Positions 12,427 through 23,600 of a DNA stretch of 48,435 nt are shown here, one piece after another. The stretch is taken from positions 42,818 through 91,252 of the forward strand of contig JAQGDQ010000824.1 of the NCBI GenBank assembly GCA_030141605.1, written 5' to 3'. The notes below the pieces were generated by a model that ran no database searches, had not been told where the DNA came from, and saw only the letters and a program-made list of their open reading frames with translations. The position numbers and the translations under genes are program-made. Numbering within the stretch: position 1 is the first letter of the stretch; the number at the start of each line of letters is the position of its first letter. The stretch comes from Tubiluchus corallicola. Taxonomy: Eukaryota; Animalia; Priapulida.

Positions 12427-13215
12427 ATGGATGACCTCACAAAACAGATTAAAACGGAACCCGAAATAGAGTCGTTTACTGTGCGTGATAAAATGTGCGT
12501 TGAGCGCAATGCAGCGCTAAATGTCTTGAGTCCAGAATTGCTACCAAGTTTGCCAAGTGGACGGGGTTTCAGTCTAGAGACTCATTCCGATGTATCTGCC
12601 ATTCCCGAGCCATCTGTCTTGCGTATAAATGACTCGCAAGGACTCTGGAGGCAAACAGACTCGACGCTCAGATACAAACGGAAACGGCGTGTGTTTATAT
12701 GCAAGATTTGTTCGTCCACTTTTTCTACCATTGGTCGGTTGACCACTCATCACAAGAAAATACACATGAAACTTTTCCTGTGCCATCATTGCGGAGTAAA
12801 AGTTGGTTCATCCAGCGCTCTAGCTACTCACATTCGGACTCACTCAGGTGAGAAACCTTATGATTGTGCTTTCTGTGAGAAGGCATTTGTTTCAAATCAT
12901 CGGCTACGTATTCACGAAAGAATTCACACGGGCATTAAGCCTTACATTTGCGGCAACTGTGGTGCAAGATTTTCTACGAATCACGCTCTAAAACGTCACT
13001 ATATGACTCATACTGGAGAAAAACCTTACGAGTGTACCCAGTGTGGTGCGAGATTTAACCAGGCAGGGAACTTGAGGGCACATATGAAACTTCACACTGG
13101 TGAAAAACCTTATGAATGTGATTTGTGCGGGGCATGCTTTGCGTGGAACGTTTGTTTGAAAACTCATAGGAAAAATTGCGGAAAAAACAGGAAACGATCA
13201 CAGAAGAACAGTTAG
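12427..13215 (+). CDS. C2H2 zinc-finger protein (6 fingers, the last C2HC), single coding exon
   Basis: 262-aa ORF with canonical fingers and TGEKPY linkers; shares its N-terminal motif and last two fingers with 6780-7664. Confidence 0.93.
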   Translation: MDDLTKQIKTEPEIESFTVRDKMCVERNAALNVLSPELLPSLPSGRGFSLETHSDVSAIPEPSVLRINDSQGLWRQTDSTLRYKRKRRVFICKICSSTFSTIGRLTTHHKKIHMKLFLCHHCGVKVGSSSALATHIRTHSGEKPYDCAFCEKAFVSNHRLRIHERIHTGIKPYICGNCGARFSTNHALKRHYMTHTGEKPYECTQCGARFNQAGNLRAHMKLHTGEKPYECDLCGACFAWNVCLKTHRKNCGKNRKRSQKNS

Positions 13216-14935
13216 GCCTTATAAGTGCAAGAACAATGTAAAATGTTTACAACAACACCAGAGCTTGCAAGTTTCTATTGGATTGCGCATCTTCCAAAGT
13301 ATATTAAAGACATTAACATAATGTTGTGATTTTAATGATGACTGATTTGTGTTTTTAAACACGGGTCTTTTTTATTAGTAACAGTTAACACTTCATTGTT
13401 ACAAGATGCACAAATAACAGACCAACACTAGTACCTAATGAATTCTGTGAAAACGGGACCACTAGGTCATTATAATTATTTGCAAAATAGTAGTAATATA
13501 TACCAAAGGTGTCTTGCATAAATCTAAATGCATCTTGCTTAAAACTCTTAGAGCCAAAATGCACAGAGATTTGCTAGTATTAATTGTGTGATGGTTGCAA
13601 TGTTGTATCACTTAACTATCACACATTTGAATTATCGTATTTATTCATTTATAGTCATAATTTTGTCTATTAGTTTCCATACTTATTCCTGAATATTTTT
13701 GCATTTGGTTTCAGAAAACTGGACAGAAACCAGTTATCTTTTTACTTACTTAGTAAATGTGTAATCTTATGGTTATATGACTAGTATGTTTACAGGCTTG
13801 TATCAGGTTTTTCTGTCTAGTAAATTTACATAACACCAGCTCTGTTGAAAGCCTTTAAAAGTTTAAATTCTAATTCATATGGTCTGATGCTCTCATTATT
13901 TCGTTGTTACAACTGCATTGAATTCATTTCAACTTTAATTTTTAGTGATTTTTTTAGAATTTCTTTTAATATATTCTGTGTTATAGTGCTTTAAATTATC
14001 TGGCGCAGCAGAGAATAAAGTGCAAATGAGAGTTTACTGTGTAATGTTTATGACTGCTACTAAAAACAGTGTTTATAACCTCTGATAACCGTGAGTTGTT
14101 GTATACAATAATTTTTGTTTATGAGAATTCAGTTTACAGATGTCTTAACTCAATCGTAATAAACCTTTTGCACGTGCAGTTTTGCGTAATGATTGTTTAC
14201 CATTAATTAAATGAGCAGCTGCTCAGAATGTTAATTCATTTTCGCCTTGTTTTGAGTTGAACCGCAATTAATTTTCATTACGTAATATGAGAAAGAATCG
14301 ATTACATGTTGCTTTCTTGTCGGTTCGTTGGATTTTTTTAAACTGTTTATAAATTACAAATAATAAAATCATTTCTTGGACTAGTTTGTAGAAGTGGGCA
14401 CAACGGCTGCCTTGTCGTTCTAAATTCACTATAATTTAGGGAATCTGTTTAGTTGTCACGAGCAGTATTGTTAATTATTGTTTGATTGCCAAAATAACAT
14501 TAATTATCTGTGCATGAATGCTTTTTGTTTCATTTCTTTTAATTTTGACATAGTATTGTATTCTAATAGACTCCTCTTACTTTGATATTTTAACTTTGCC
14601 TGTTGTTACTTGTAGTTACTCCTTTATGAAGATATCCAACAAAAGTCTCATCCTTATAAAACCTAACAGACCTGTAGCAAATTAGAAAAAGAAAATTAGG
14701 GATACAGTAGGGCTGCAGGTTACTTTTGCTTTGATGCAAAGCTGCTACATTTGTGCATAAAAGTCCTTTGGCATTTGTTTACCTTGCGACCTTGATTTTT
14801 AACTTTTTAAACCCAGAAGCAATTTCTCACTCTTGCCGAGATCTGTCACTTGTTGATTCCCTCTTCATTCATTTTGATCTTACACACATTTTTGTCTTGT
14901 GATCTTCACCATGACTGACCTAGCCCTATGGTTAG

Positions 14936-15279
14936 TAGGGGTGAGCATCGAACGTTCGAATCGAATTCGAATCCAAAACTGTAGATTCGTATAATTCAGC
15001 ACTTCGATAAGACGTTCAACATCATGCAATTAGAATAATTTAGCTGTGATTTCTGCACACAATTTTTAAGAAATTACTAGTCCTTTTATTGCAGAACAAA
15101 ATCTAGTGATATGCATGATCTTTGTAAGAATAATTTTTACTGGTGGTTCGAAAACTTGTTCGAACATCTTGCAATCTCAATTCGAATTTGAAACACTGAA
15201 GTTCCATTCGATTCGAATTCGAAAGTCACAAATTCGGTTCGATTCGAGTTCGCTTTCTGGTAAAGAATGCTCAACCCTA
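14936..15279 (+). mobile_element. hAT-like MITE (TTCGAA-rich), copy 1
   Basis: TIR TAGGGGTGAGCAT / ATGCTCAACCCTA; 8-bp TSD atggttag/atggctag; homologous copies at ~32630-33018 and 36579-36954. Confidence 0.85.
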
Positions 15280-16109
15280 ATGGCTAGTTTGGTAGCCTCA
15301 ACAGTTTTGACTGTGTTGTACAGATAAGCAGACAAACAGGAAGACCAATAAACTCCATACCTACCCTCTGCCTACTATCTGGTGTAGTCATTGGTAATAA
15401 ATAAAAAGTAGGCAAATAATTGAAGCTACTTAGCTTAGCTAGCTTACAAAAAGAACAACCACAATTATTCAGACTATTCCTACCATATTCTATATTGTGG
15501 TGACAACGTAAAAAAGTATTTGTGTTGCAGTCATAGAGGTAGCAGAGTATTTCTGCTTGAGTCATAGAGCGATAGAAAGAGTGACTTTTAGACTGGTGCT
15601 CTGCCTTTTATTTCTAACACGTGACCAGTTGTTTGCCCAGCCTAATCCAATCACAATCGAAGACGTTCCGACAAATTGAAGTGTTAAACATCTGTGTTTA
15701 TCGAAGGTGTGGAGTCGTGTGCTGAGTGTGCTCAACTTCAGTGTCCACTGACTTCATTTGTCTACGTAAACTAAGTTAACAGGTAACTGTAAACGAGTTA
15801 TTAAAATTTTTAATGTTGAATGGTAGTAAATAGTACCAAGTCGTAGCTAGTTGTCTCTCATAGAAAGCAGCGAAAAGGTAATGTGTATGTGCATTCACAT
15901 CAGCACTGTTTGGGTGCTCTTGCACCCTTAGGTTGTGCTCATCTTGGTACAGTCTTAAAGCAAAAATAAAGTCTCTCGGGAAGTTGAGCTTATTATAATA
16001 TTTGAGCAAAATGTTAAAAAGTTTCAGCAGTGAAATTGTGATAAGCACCTCGTGTAAATAGTAAAACCAATTTAAAGTCGTGATTACTTTACGCTTGTGC
16101 GCGTTTATA

Positions 16110-16318
16110 AAATGACGTCATCCGATTTCCATGCAATGTAAGAAGTTATCCCGCCAGGTGCTTCAGAGTTTTAACTTACAGTTAAGTTTTTTATTAACTT
16201 ATCCTGCGAACTCTATTGACTAAGTAACCGGCCCGGCACCTTCTATGTGTCACGTGTCAAAGAGTTTTAGTCCGCCCGTTTGCAACACTGTGGTGTCCGC
16301 GCGTTGTGTAAGGTGAGA
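16110..16318 (+). promoter_or_regulatory. Candidate BCAP31 promoter / non-coding first exon
   Basis: CpG-richer patch with CRE TGACGTCA (16113), GTCACGTG, a GC box CCGCCC and a donor AAG|GTGAGA at 16313, upstream of the 5' UTR acceptor at 18719. Confidence 0.4.
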
Positions 16319-16609
16319 AGGAAAAGTGCAAATTTGTCAGTGTGTCATGCCTATATTTGCTCGTAATTAGCTGAACTGCTGTTCAGTTGCCGATTATATC
16401 GTTCTAAACATGTTTGTAATCGGTATTAATTCGATTAACCTGTTAATCGCCATCACTAAACCGAAGAATTACGTATCTAGGACAAGGCGTAAATAGCATC
16501 ACACTTTCAAGTTCTTGAGGCCTATCATTTAGAACTCGAACCCTTTCTCTTGCACTCTTTTAATTCCGATTGTGCCAATAAAAGTCAAACAGCAGAATAA
16601 AACTGACAC

Positions 16610-16772
16610 TTTTCGAAGACGTCTCTACAGAAAATTATTAAATGGCCTGACAGAATATCCAGTGATGATCTGTATGGCGGGTGAAGAAGAATCCTCGGAG
16701 TTAATCAATACTTACGTATAAGAAGGTTGCATTGGATTGGGCATGGACTAAGATTACCTCTGGAACCTCATC
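16610..16772 (+). mobile_element. RTE-like LINE fragment
   Basis: Translates in pieces to KWPDRISSDDLY and LRIRRLHWIGHGLRLP. Confidence 0.65.
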
Positions 16773-16779
16773 TTCCTAT

Positions 16780-16960
16780 AATTCAATTTTAATTTATTTA
16801 TCTCTTTATAATGCTACAATAAAACATGATTAATAAAAGAATCTCTAATAAGTTTTGAAAAATGGTTAAAATGTATAGATAGATCTAGAACTAGAGAAAG
16901 GATAGCGAAAAGACTATAAAGTCACCTAGTCTGCTATCCTTTACCGAATATAGATAAAAA
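16780..16960 (-). mobile_element. Probable LINE (L2/Crack-like) 3' UTR with stem-loop and AT-rich tail
   Basis: Hairpin aaaggatagc...gctatccttt followed on the minus strand by ataaataaattaaaattgaa. Confidence 0.4.
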
Positions 16961-18758
16961 GATTTTTTAGACACTGGTGGGCATTAATGTTATCAGTTTA
17001 ATTTAGGAAACATTAGTAGTTTTTAAAATTATGACATTTACTATATAATCCAGAGAAAAAAATTTACACGTAGTTTAATTAGCGGGCAACAAAATAAGGT
17101 CAATCTTGATTAAACTAAAAATTGCATTTAGAGTTTATGTGAAATACACGTCAAAATTGTTATGAAATGATAATCAACAACAGGAGTTAAATACATTTTG
17201 ATTTGAGTTCAACTTCATTATTTCTAGGCTCATTGATAAAGAACAAATCTACTGACTATAGCATTACGTAAAACTGTTGAAACGACAAAAAAGCCAAGAG
17301 GTTGTCAGCTACTGATGTATGTAGCTATATTGCAAAAAGATTTAGCAAACGCAACTCTAGATTGAGTGATAATGCAGTAGGTGGGTGGGCAGTAGTGGCA
17401 GACAGGAGTGGTTGGCATGAATAGGTGGGACGTGTTAGTTTTAGTAAACTGAATCAGTTTGTTGGCAATTTCAAAAAAGCATAATTTTTTAGACCTAAGA
17501 CAATAAAGACTTTCTCATATATGAGCTTCATTCATTACACCATTCGATTCTGTAGCAATAATATTTTCTTTATCATACGATTCGCTTCAAATTTCCAGAT
17601 TATTTTCATTAATTTTTTTCTTTCACAGTGTGGGACAATCTACCAAACCCTGCTTTTTGATTGCCTGCAACACATTTACATTTATATATATAGCAAACCT
17701 AAACTATGGTATATCTAAACTAGTTCTGTGCTCAAAGTAAACTGTATATGAATTTACTAAGCAACATACAACAGCGATAATTCTCTTGTTTATCTTTCAA
17801 CCCCACCGTGTTTTGAGAGTCAAGTTAGTATATTTGTAATGATGCTGTACAGGTCGTTGTTTAGACACCAGTATTGAAGGAAGTAGCGATATCACTATCT
17901 TTGTTTACCATAGATTGACCTACATCTAAAGACAGTTTAAATCATTTTATCCAAAATTTGCTTCCTATTATGTATCTTACTGTTTCTTATTCATTGAATT
18001 ACTGATAACTTTTTGCTTCTTTTAATGTATTAATTGTGTATTTTTCTTGATGGTAAATAAATAAACGCTAAACGCTAAACCTAACAGACAAGGTAGTTAA
18101 AAAGGAAAAACGGACAATTGATTAGATTCAATGTCATTTTAATTTACCGTCCAAAATATACATTTACTTGCTAATAGAAATTGGCAATTGTTTGTGATAT
18201 TTAAATAATTGCTTTAGAAAGTTATCAATGGCCATGGAACTCAGCTATTGCTTATGTCACAAACTGCCTACAGTTTGTGCAATGGTAGACATCTTCGTTG
18301 CTCGTCAAGCATGTTTGCATAAGCGAAGATTGCTATATAAGACCCTGACGTGATGTCACGAAAATGTGATCTGCGTCACACTGACGTCACAGACAAACGC
18401 CCGCAGTTCACGATCATGCTGATCACAGTATCGTGCCTGTTTATCGGTCACAACAAACACAAACGTGACAAAAAGACACAATTGCCAGTCTTAGTGAATT
18501 TGTTGAATCACGCGTAGCTTATAAAGTTTAACAAAATTTAACTACCTGTGGTAATTATTATTTAATCTAAGCTTTGATTTAAGAAAGCTATTGTAGTTTT
18601 CAATATATTAGAGCATACTTTATTTTGAACTGATGTCTGCACAATCGTCTGCCTTTCCTTTAACGTACATGTAATTATATATAAAATCAGGAACTCATTC
18701 ATGCACATTTTTTTTGCAGGTAACGTGCCCCGTTTCATTAGCATTTCCCGATTCAACC

Positions 18759-20607
18759 ATGAGCTTGCAGTGGACAATCGTTGCAACGTTTCTTTACTCG
18801 GAGATCGTTCTTGTCATACTTTTGCTTTTACCATTTATTTCCGCCCAAAGGTGAGACTGTAGTCCATTCTTAGCTGATGGTAACTTTGAACTCTTGTAAA
18901 ATGTGTTCTGTCATGCATGATTTTTCAATTTTTTAAACCATTGTGCCTGTGAAATGGTGTTTAAAACCTACAGTAATTCGTCTTGTGCACTAAAGAGTTT
19001 TAAAGGAAAGGCCAAGCCTTCGGGGAAGTCGGGCTTATGTCACTGTAACTTGTGAAAAAAGGTTAGAAGGATTTAGTAATAAAAGTGTGAAAATTTTGCC
19101 AGTTGTTTTTTGAACAAGAAACACCGCTGGAATTGAAGCTTCCTTATCATAGTGGCACAGTATTTCCGATGATAATTGGTAGTTTTCCTGTACGTCTATC
19201 CAAGCAAGAAGAATCTCTGGAAACTGTTAATAATTAATAATTTTAGTAAAATCACTTTAAAGTCACGATCATTTCACACTTGGGTGCTTTGATTAGGAAC
19301 GCTCGTTCTTCCCTCAAAAACGCACGCTGTCATTTTCCGTTAAAAGTATAATAAATGTTTACAAAAAGTTAGTTAGCCAATTTTGTGATATTTTTGCATG
19401 AGCATTAGGTATGCTGCAGAAATTTGAATTAGTTTAAACAGAGGGCTCTTAAGGAAACCCACAGAAGTTTGAATTAGTTTAAACAGCGGGCTCTTAAGGA
19501 AACCCATAATGCACTTACGAAAAGTCGCGAAGTCCACCAGTTACATCACAGTTTCAAGTGAATGGCGGTAACCACGGCATCTGAAAATTTCTGTACGTCG
19601 GTAGTATAAATTAACTTTGTGCATTATAAACAGTTTTTGTGCAAAATTTCTTTGATGTGTTTTTAAGTTCAAGTGCTAAAAGCAAAGTAAACCGAACATG
19701 CTAAGCGACCTGTCCTTTCATTTAACCCTTTCACTACGTAGCTGCTTTTTAACAGAGACGCAGTGCTCTTTGCACATTTGACAATAACTTCTTGTGGTGT
19801 GTTACTAAAACAGAATCTTGTTAATAAACAAATAACCATTTGTTATTAAACACTAATATTGAATATTAGTTTTGTTTATTCACATGGACGCACATCTGCG
19901 TTTACATATATGCATTCATGCACGCACACGCGCATGCACGCACACACACACGCACGCACGCATGCAAAGACCCACTCAAATAAACACATACTTATATTTA
20001 AAAGCCAATTTTCACAAAAGTCCGCATTACTAATCCATAATATGCAATTATTTTATAAGAATGCAGAACATGTAACTAAACACATTTCACCAACTATCAA
20101 CAAGCAATTTTGCATGAGAACATACCATACAGTGCAGTATTGTCGAATGCACCTGGCTTCAGACGCTGTGATTGGTTGGTTAGCGTTACTTGTTGCGAAG
20201 CAACCCCAATCCCAAGGCTGTTAAACTTTTCTACAATCTTTTGCATGGCCATAGCAGTGAAATAAACAGACCTGAGTGACTGCGCTTAGTGCTGAGCTCT
20301 GGTGGCAGTGTGCCGTCTTCTGTAGCAGTGTGCTAAGGTTTAAGATCAAATTAATGTTGCCCTTATAATGTGTATATATATATTTAATCACTTGCCTAGC
20401 AGTTTCCTTTTGATGCTCTAGTTGCAAATCACGCTTTCAGGTTTAATGAGTTAATAGTCAAAGATGCAGGCACAGTAATCAGCCGGTATTCCTTGTGACT
20501 TACAAGACTAAACATCGTACAGCTAATAAGGGCAATGTAAGTCAACAGACAATTCAGAACTGTTTTAGTCACATACAACAGATTTTCAACAGATATTTTT
20601 ATAAGTC

Positions 20608-20678
<71 letters not shown>

Positions 20679-23600
20679 TGAGTGAGAGTACTAGGCATAA
20701 ATGATCTGTTGGAGTATGACTAATAACAGTGTATAATGAATTTTGTAACATGGTGCAGAAGTGCATTTTATCCATTTTGCTATCGGTTTCAGATGGCACA
20801 AGATTTTCAAGTCGCGCCTACTTCGGAGCATGGAGGCGTACTCGAATATTTACTTCAACGTTTTCCTAGGAATACTTGTGCTGCTGTTTTTAGGTAAATT
20901 TCTGTTTTAAGCGATTTAAAATAAAGTAAAGCACTGTTACAAATTGCGAATTTTGTGTTTGTACAGTGAAGTTATCAGGAGGTTATAGATCAGTGTTAGC
21001 ATGCTCACTTTCCACCCAGGAGGTTGTGTGTTCAATTCCCAACTGAATCATACCAAGTAGCATGGGTAATAATAATCAGCATAACTTTGGAAATAAGTAT
21101 CGAGCTACTTAAGGTGTTGTATGTGAACTATGTCATAAATGAAATTGTTATTATTATTATTATTATTATTGTTGTTATTGTTGCAGAAGTTGGGTTAATT
21201 GCCCATATGTATCAGTGCATCTGATTCTTGGAAATCTAATGATGGAATTTAATTTAAACCAGTCCTGCTCTAATGTTTGCAATAAAAATTTTACAAGCAA
21301 GCTGTACATGAGCAAACTGCATAGCAATATAAGGATATTCGGGATAGGTATTCCAGGAAATTTGTCGACATCGAAATTTTAATCTTTCCACATATGCGTT
21401 TTTCGTATAGGCGTTAATTATCTCTTAGCCTATAGAATGAGTAGATATGTCTGCTTGAAATTTTTCTTATTTCAGATGCAATACGGGAGATGCGGAAATA
21501 TAGCGGACATTTTGACGAGCTTACCGACAGTCCTCTTGCGCAGACGAGTATGCACATGAAACTATTCAGGGCTCAAAGAAACTTTTATATTGCCGGCTTT
21601 GCACTGTTCTTGTGCCTGTAAGTTTGAGTTCAACTTTGATATCATTCACGTCGATATTCAGCATTGTTGCATTCATTAAAAGCTTTTTGAATTTATTCAT
21701 CAAAAATCGATTTTTAATTTGGCTAACGTAAGCAAATGCATTTCATATATAATTTTGCATGAAAATCTGCTGTATGAGGAGTAGAAACCTACAAAAATGA
21801 TCAAAAATAATGTACAGTCGACCCTCGTTAAACCGGACCCCGTTAGCCCGGATAGTGGATAAGACGGACGTCATCCGTGGTAAAGGAAACTGACCGATTT
21901 CCGTCCAAGCCGGAGCGCTAAACACAACACGGCCTACCAACTGTACAATAATTTCTTTATCCTCACAGGTTAACTATTTTAAAGTAATAGACAGTATAGT
22001 ATATAGTGCAATGTATATAGGCCTTATTAAAGTGATTATTCGTGTGTAATATAGACCATATATAGGCATATCGGATAAACCGGACCCCCCCCCCCCAATT
22101 AGTCCGGCTTAACGAGGGTTGACTGTAATCTCTGTTTGGTGAGAGCAGTTTTTCATGAACCCGTGCAAATTGCAGGAAACTCTTATATTCCTGAAGGAGT
22201 TAAGCAGATTAAGTCATTGAGTTCTGAATGCTGTCTTTTAGATTATCAAGCTGTGAAGAAAATTGTTTGACTTTTCCTTTATTTTACTGTTGCTTTGTTT
22301 TCAGAGTTTTGAAAAGAATGATAATGTTACTGTCAACGCAGGCAACACTGAACGCGTCGTACGAAGCCGCTATGAGACAAGCGAAGAGTGCTACGGAAGC
22401 TGCGGAAAAGATGATGAAGGAAAACAAAGTACGCATCCTCGATGTATACATTTTTAAAATGCAGAGCGAGAGTTACAATCCGTCTTTCTGTTTGCACGTC
22501 CTTCTGTATACGCCTGACTGTGCCAGTACTACTGTACTGAAATTTGGTTTGGTCTGACAGCAGCTGCTGCCCTCTGTGGGCAAATAGGTCAACCTGTACA
22601 TTGGAGATGTTCAGTCTGCACAGTTTCTGTGGTAAACAGTGGGGAAACTTGGCCATTGCGATTGCGATTGCGATACTCGACTCTCTCCACCTATCAGAGG
22701 CGGGGCACCTTTATAGGGTGCAAAGTCTATTCTTCTATAACGCTGATCTTTTATTTGTCTTTTCCAAGTTTAATGCCTTTATTTGTCTTTATCCTGTATT
22801 CCATACATTCGTTCACTAGATTTCTAATTTCTAGCAATCCTTCCTTTTCACTGTTTATTAATATATCTGAGTTCAAAATTTTTTTCGATTCTCCATATCG
22901 GTAACATTTAAGCATATGTTCAGTAGTATCATCATCTTTCCCACATACTGGGCATAATCACTGATCCTTAAATTCATTCTTGTAGTTCCCTTTAACTTTA
23001 ATCATATTCAGTCTTATTTTCAATTTATCTTTAACCTCTTCTGGCTTGCTTGTGTCTATGTAATTTTATCGTTTCCACTTGGTATGTTTTAAAAATCTTA
23101 ATTTAGTGCTGCTCCTGCATTTTTCTGCACATTCACTCTTTATACAACATTCAATCTTATTCTTTATTTCTTTCTTCCATTCAGACTTTTTCATGACCTT
23201 CACCATTTCTTTATTAGCATCTATTGTATATTTTTTGCAGCCTCAATTACTTCATTATACCTTTTGACCTTTTGTGTACACTGTTTATTTGCATTTCGAG
23301 TACCTCTGATGCTAATCTCTTTGGTTTACTAATCAGTAAATTCTGATAGGCCGTTGATCCTTTAGCAATACAAAAGCGCAATGCAGTAGTAGCCACTTAC
23401 TAAAACCATGGATAATAAAGCCAGCCGTGTTTTGACCCGTACGCACTATTGTTCATTTGGGCGCGGTTTGGAATTGTTCCCGTACGCACTATTGTTCATT
23501 TGGGCGCGGTTTGGAATTGTTCCCGTACGCACTATTGTTCATTTAGGCACGGTTTGGAATTGTTCCCGTACGCACTATTGTTCATTTGGGCGCGGTTTGG

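Noticed and set aside
19859-20224. 121-aa His/Thr-rich ORF with a paralog at 24768
   Set aside because: Lies inside two copies of a piggyBac-like MITE containing a CA-rich tract.
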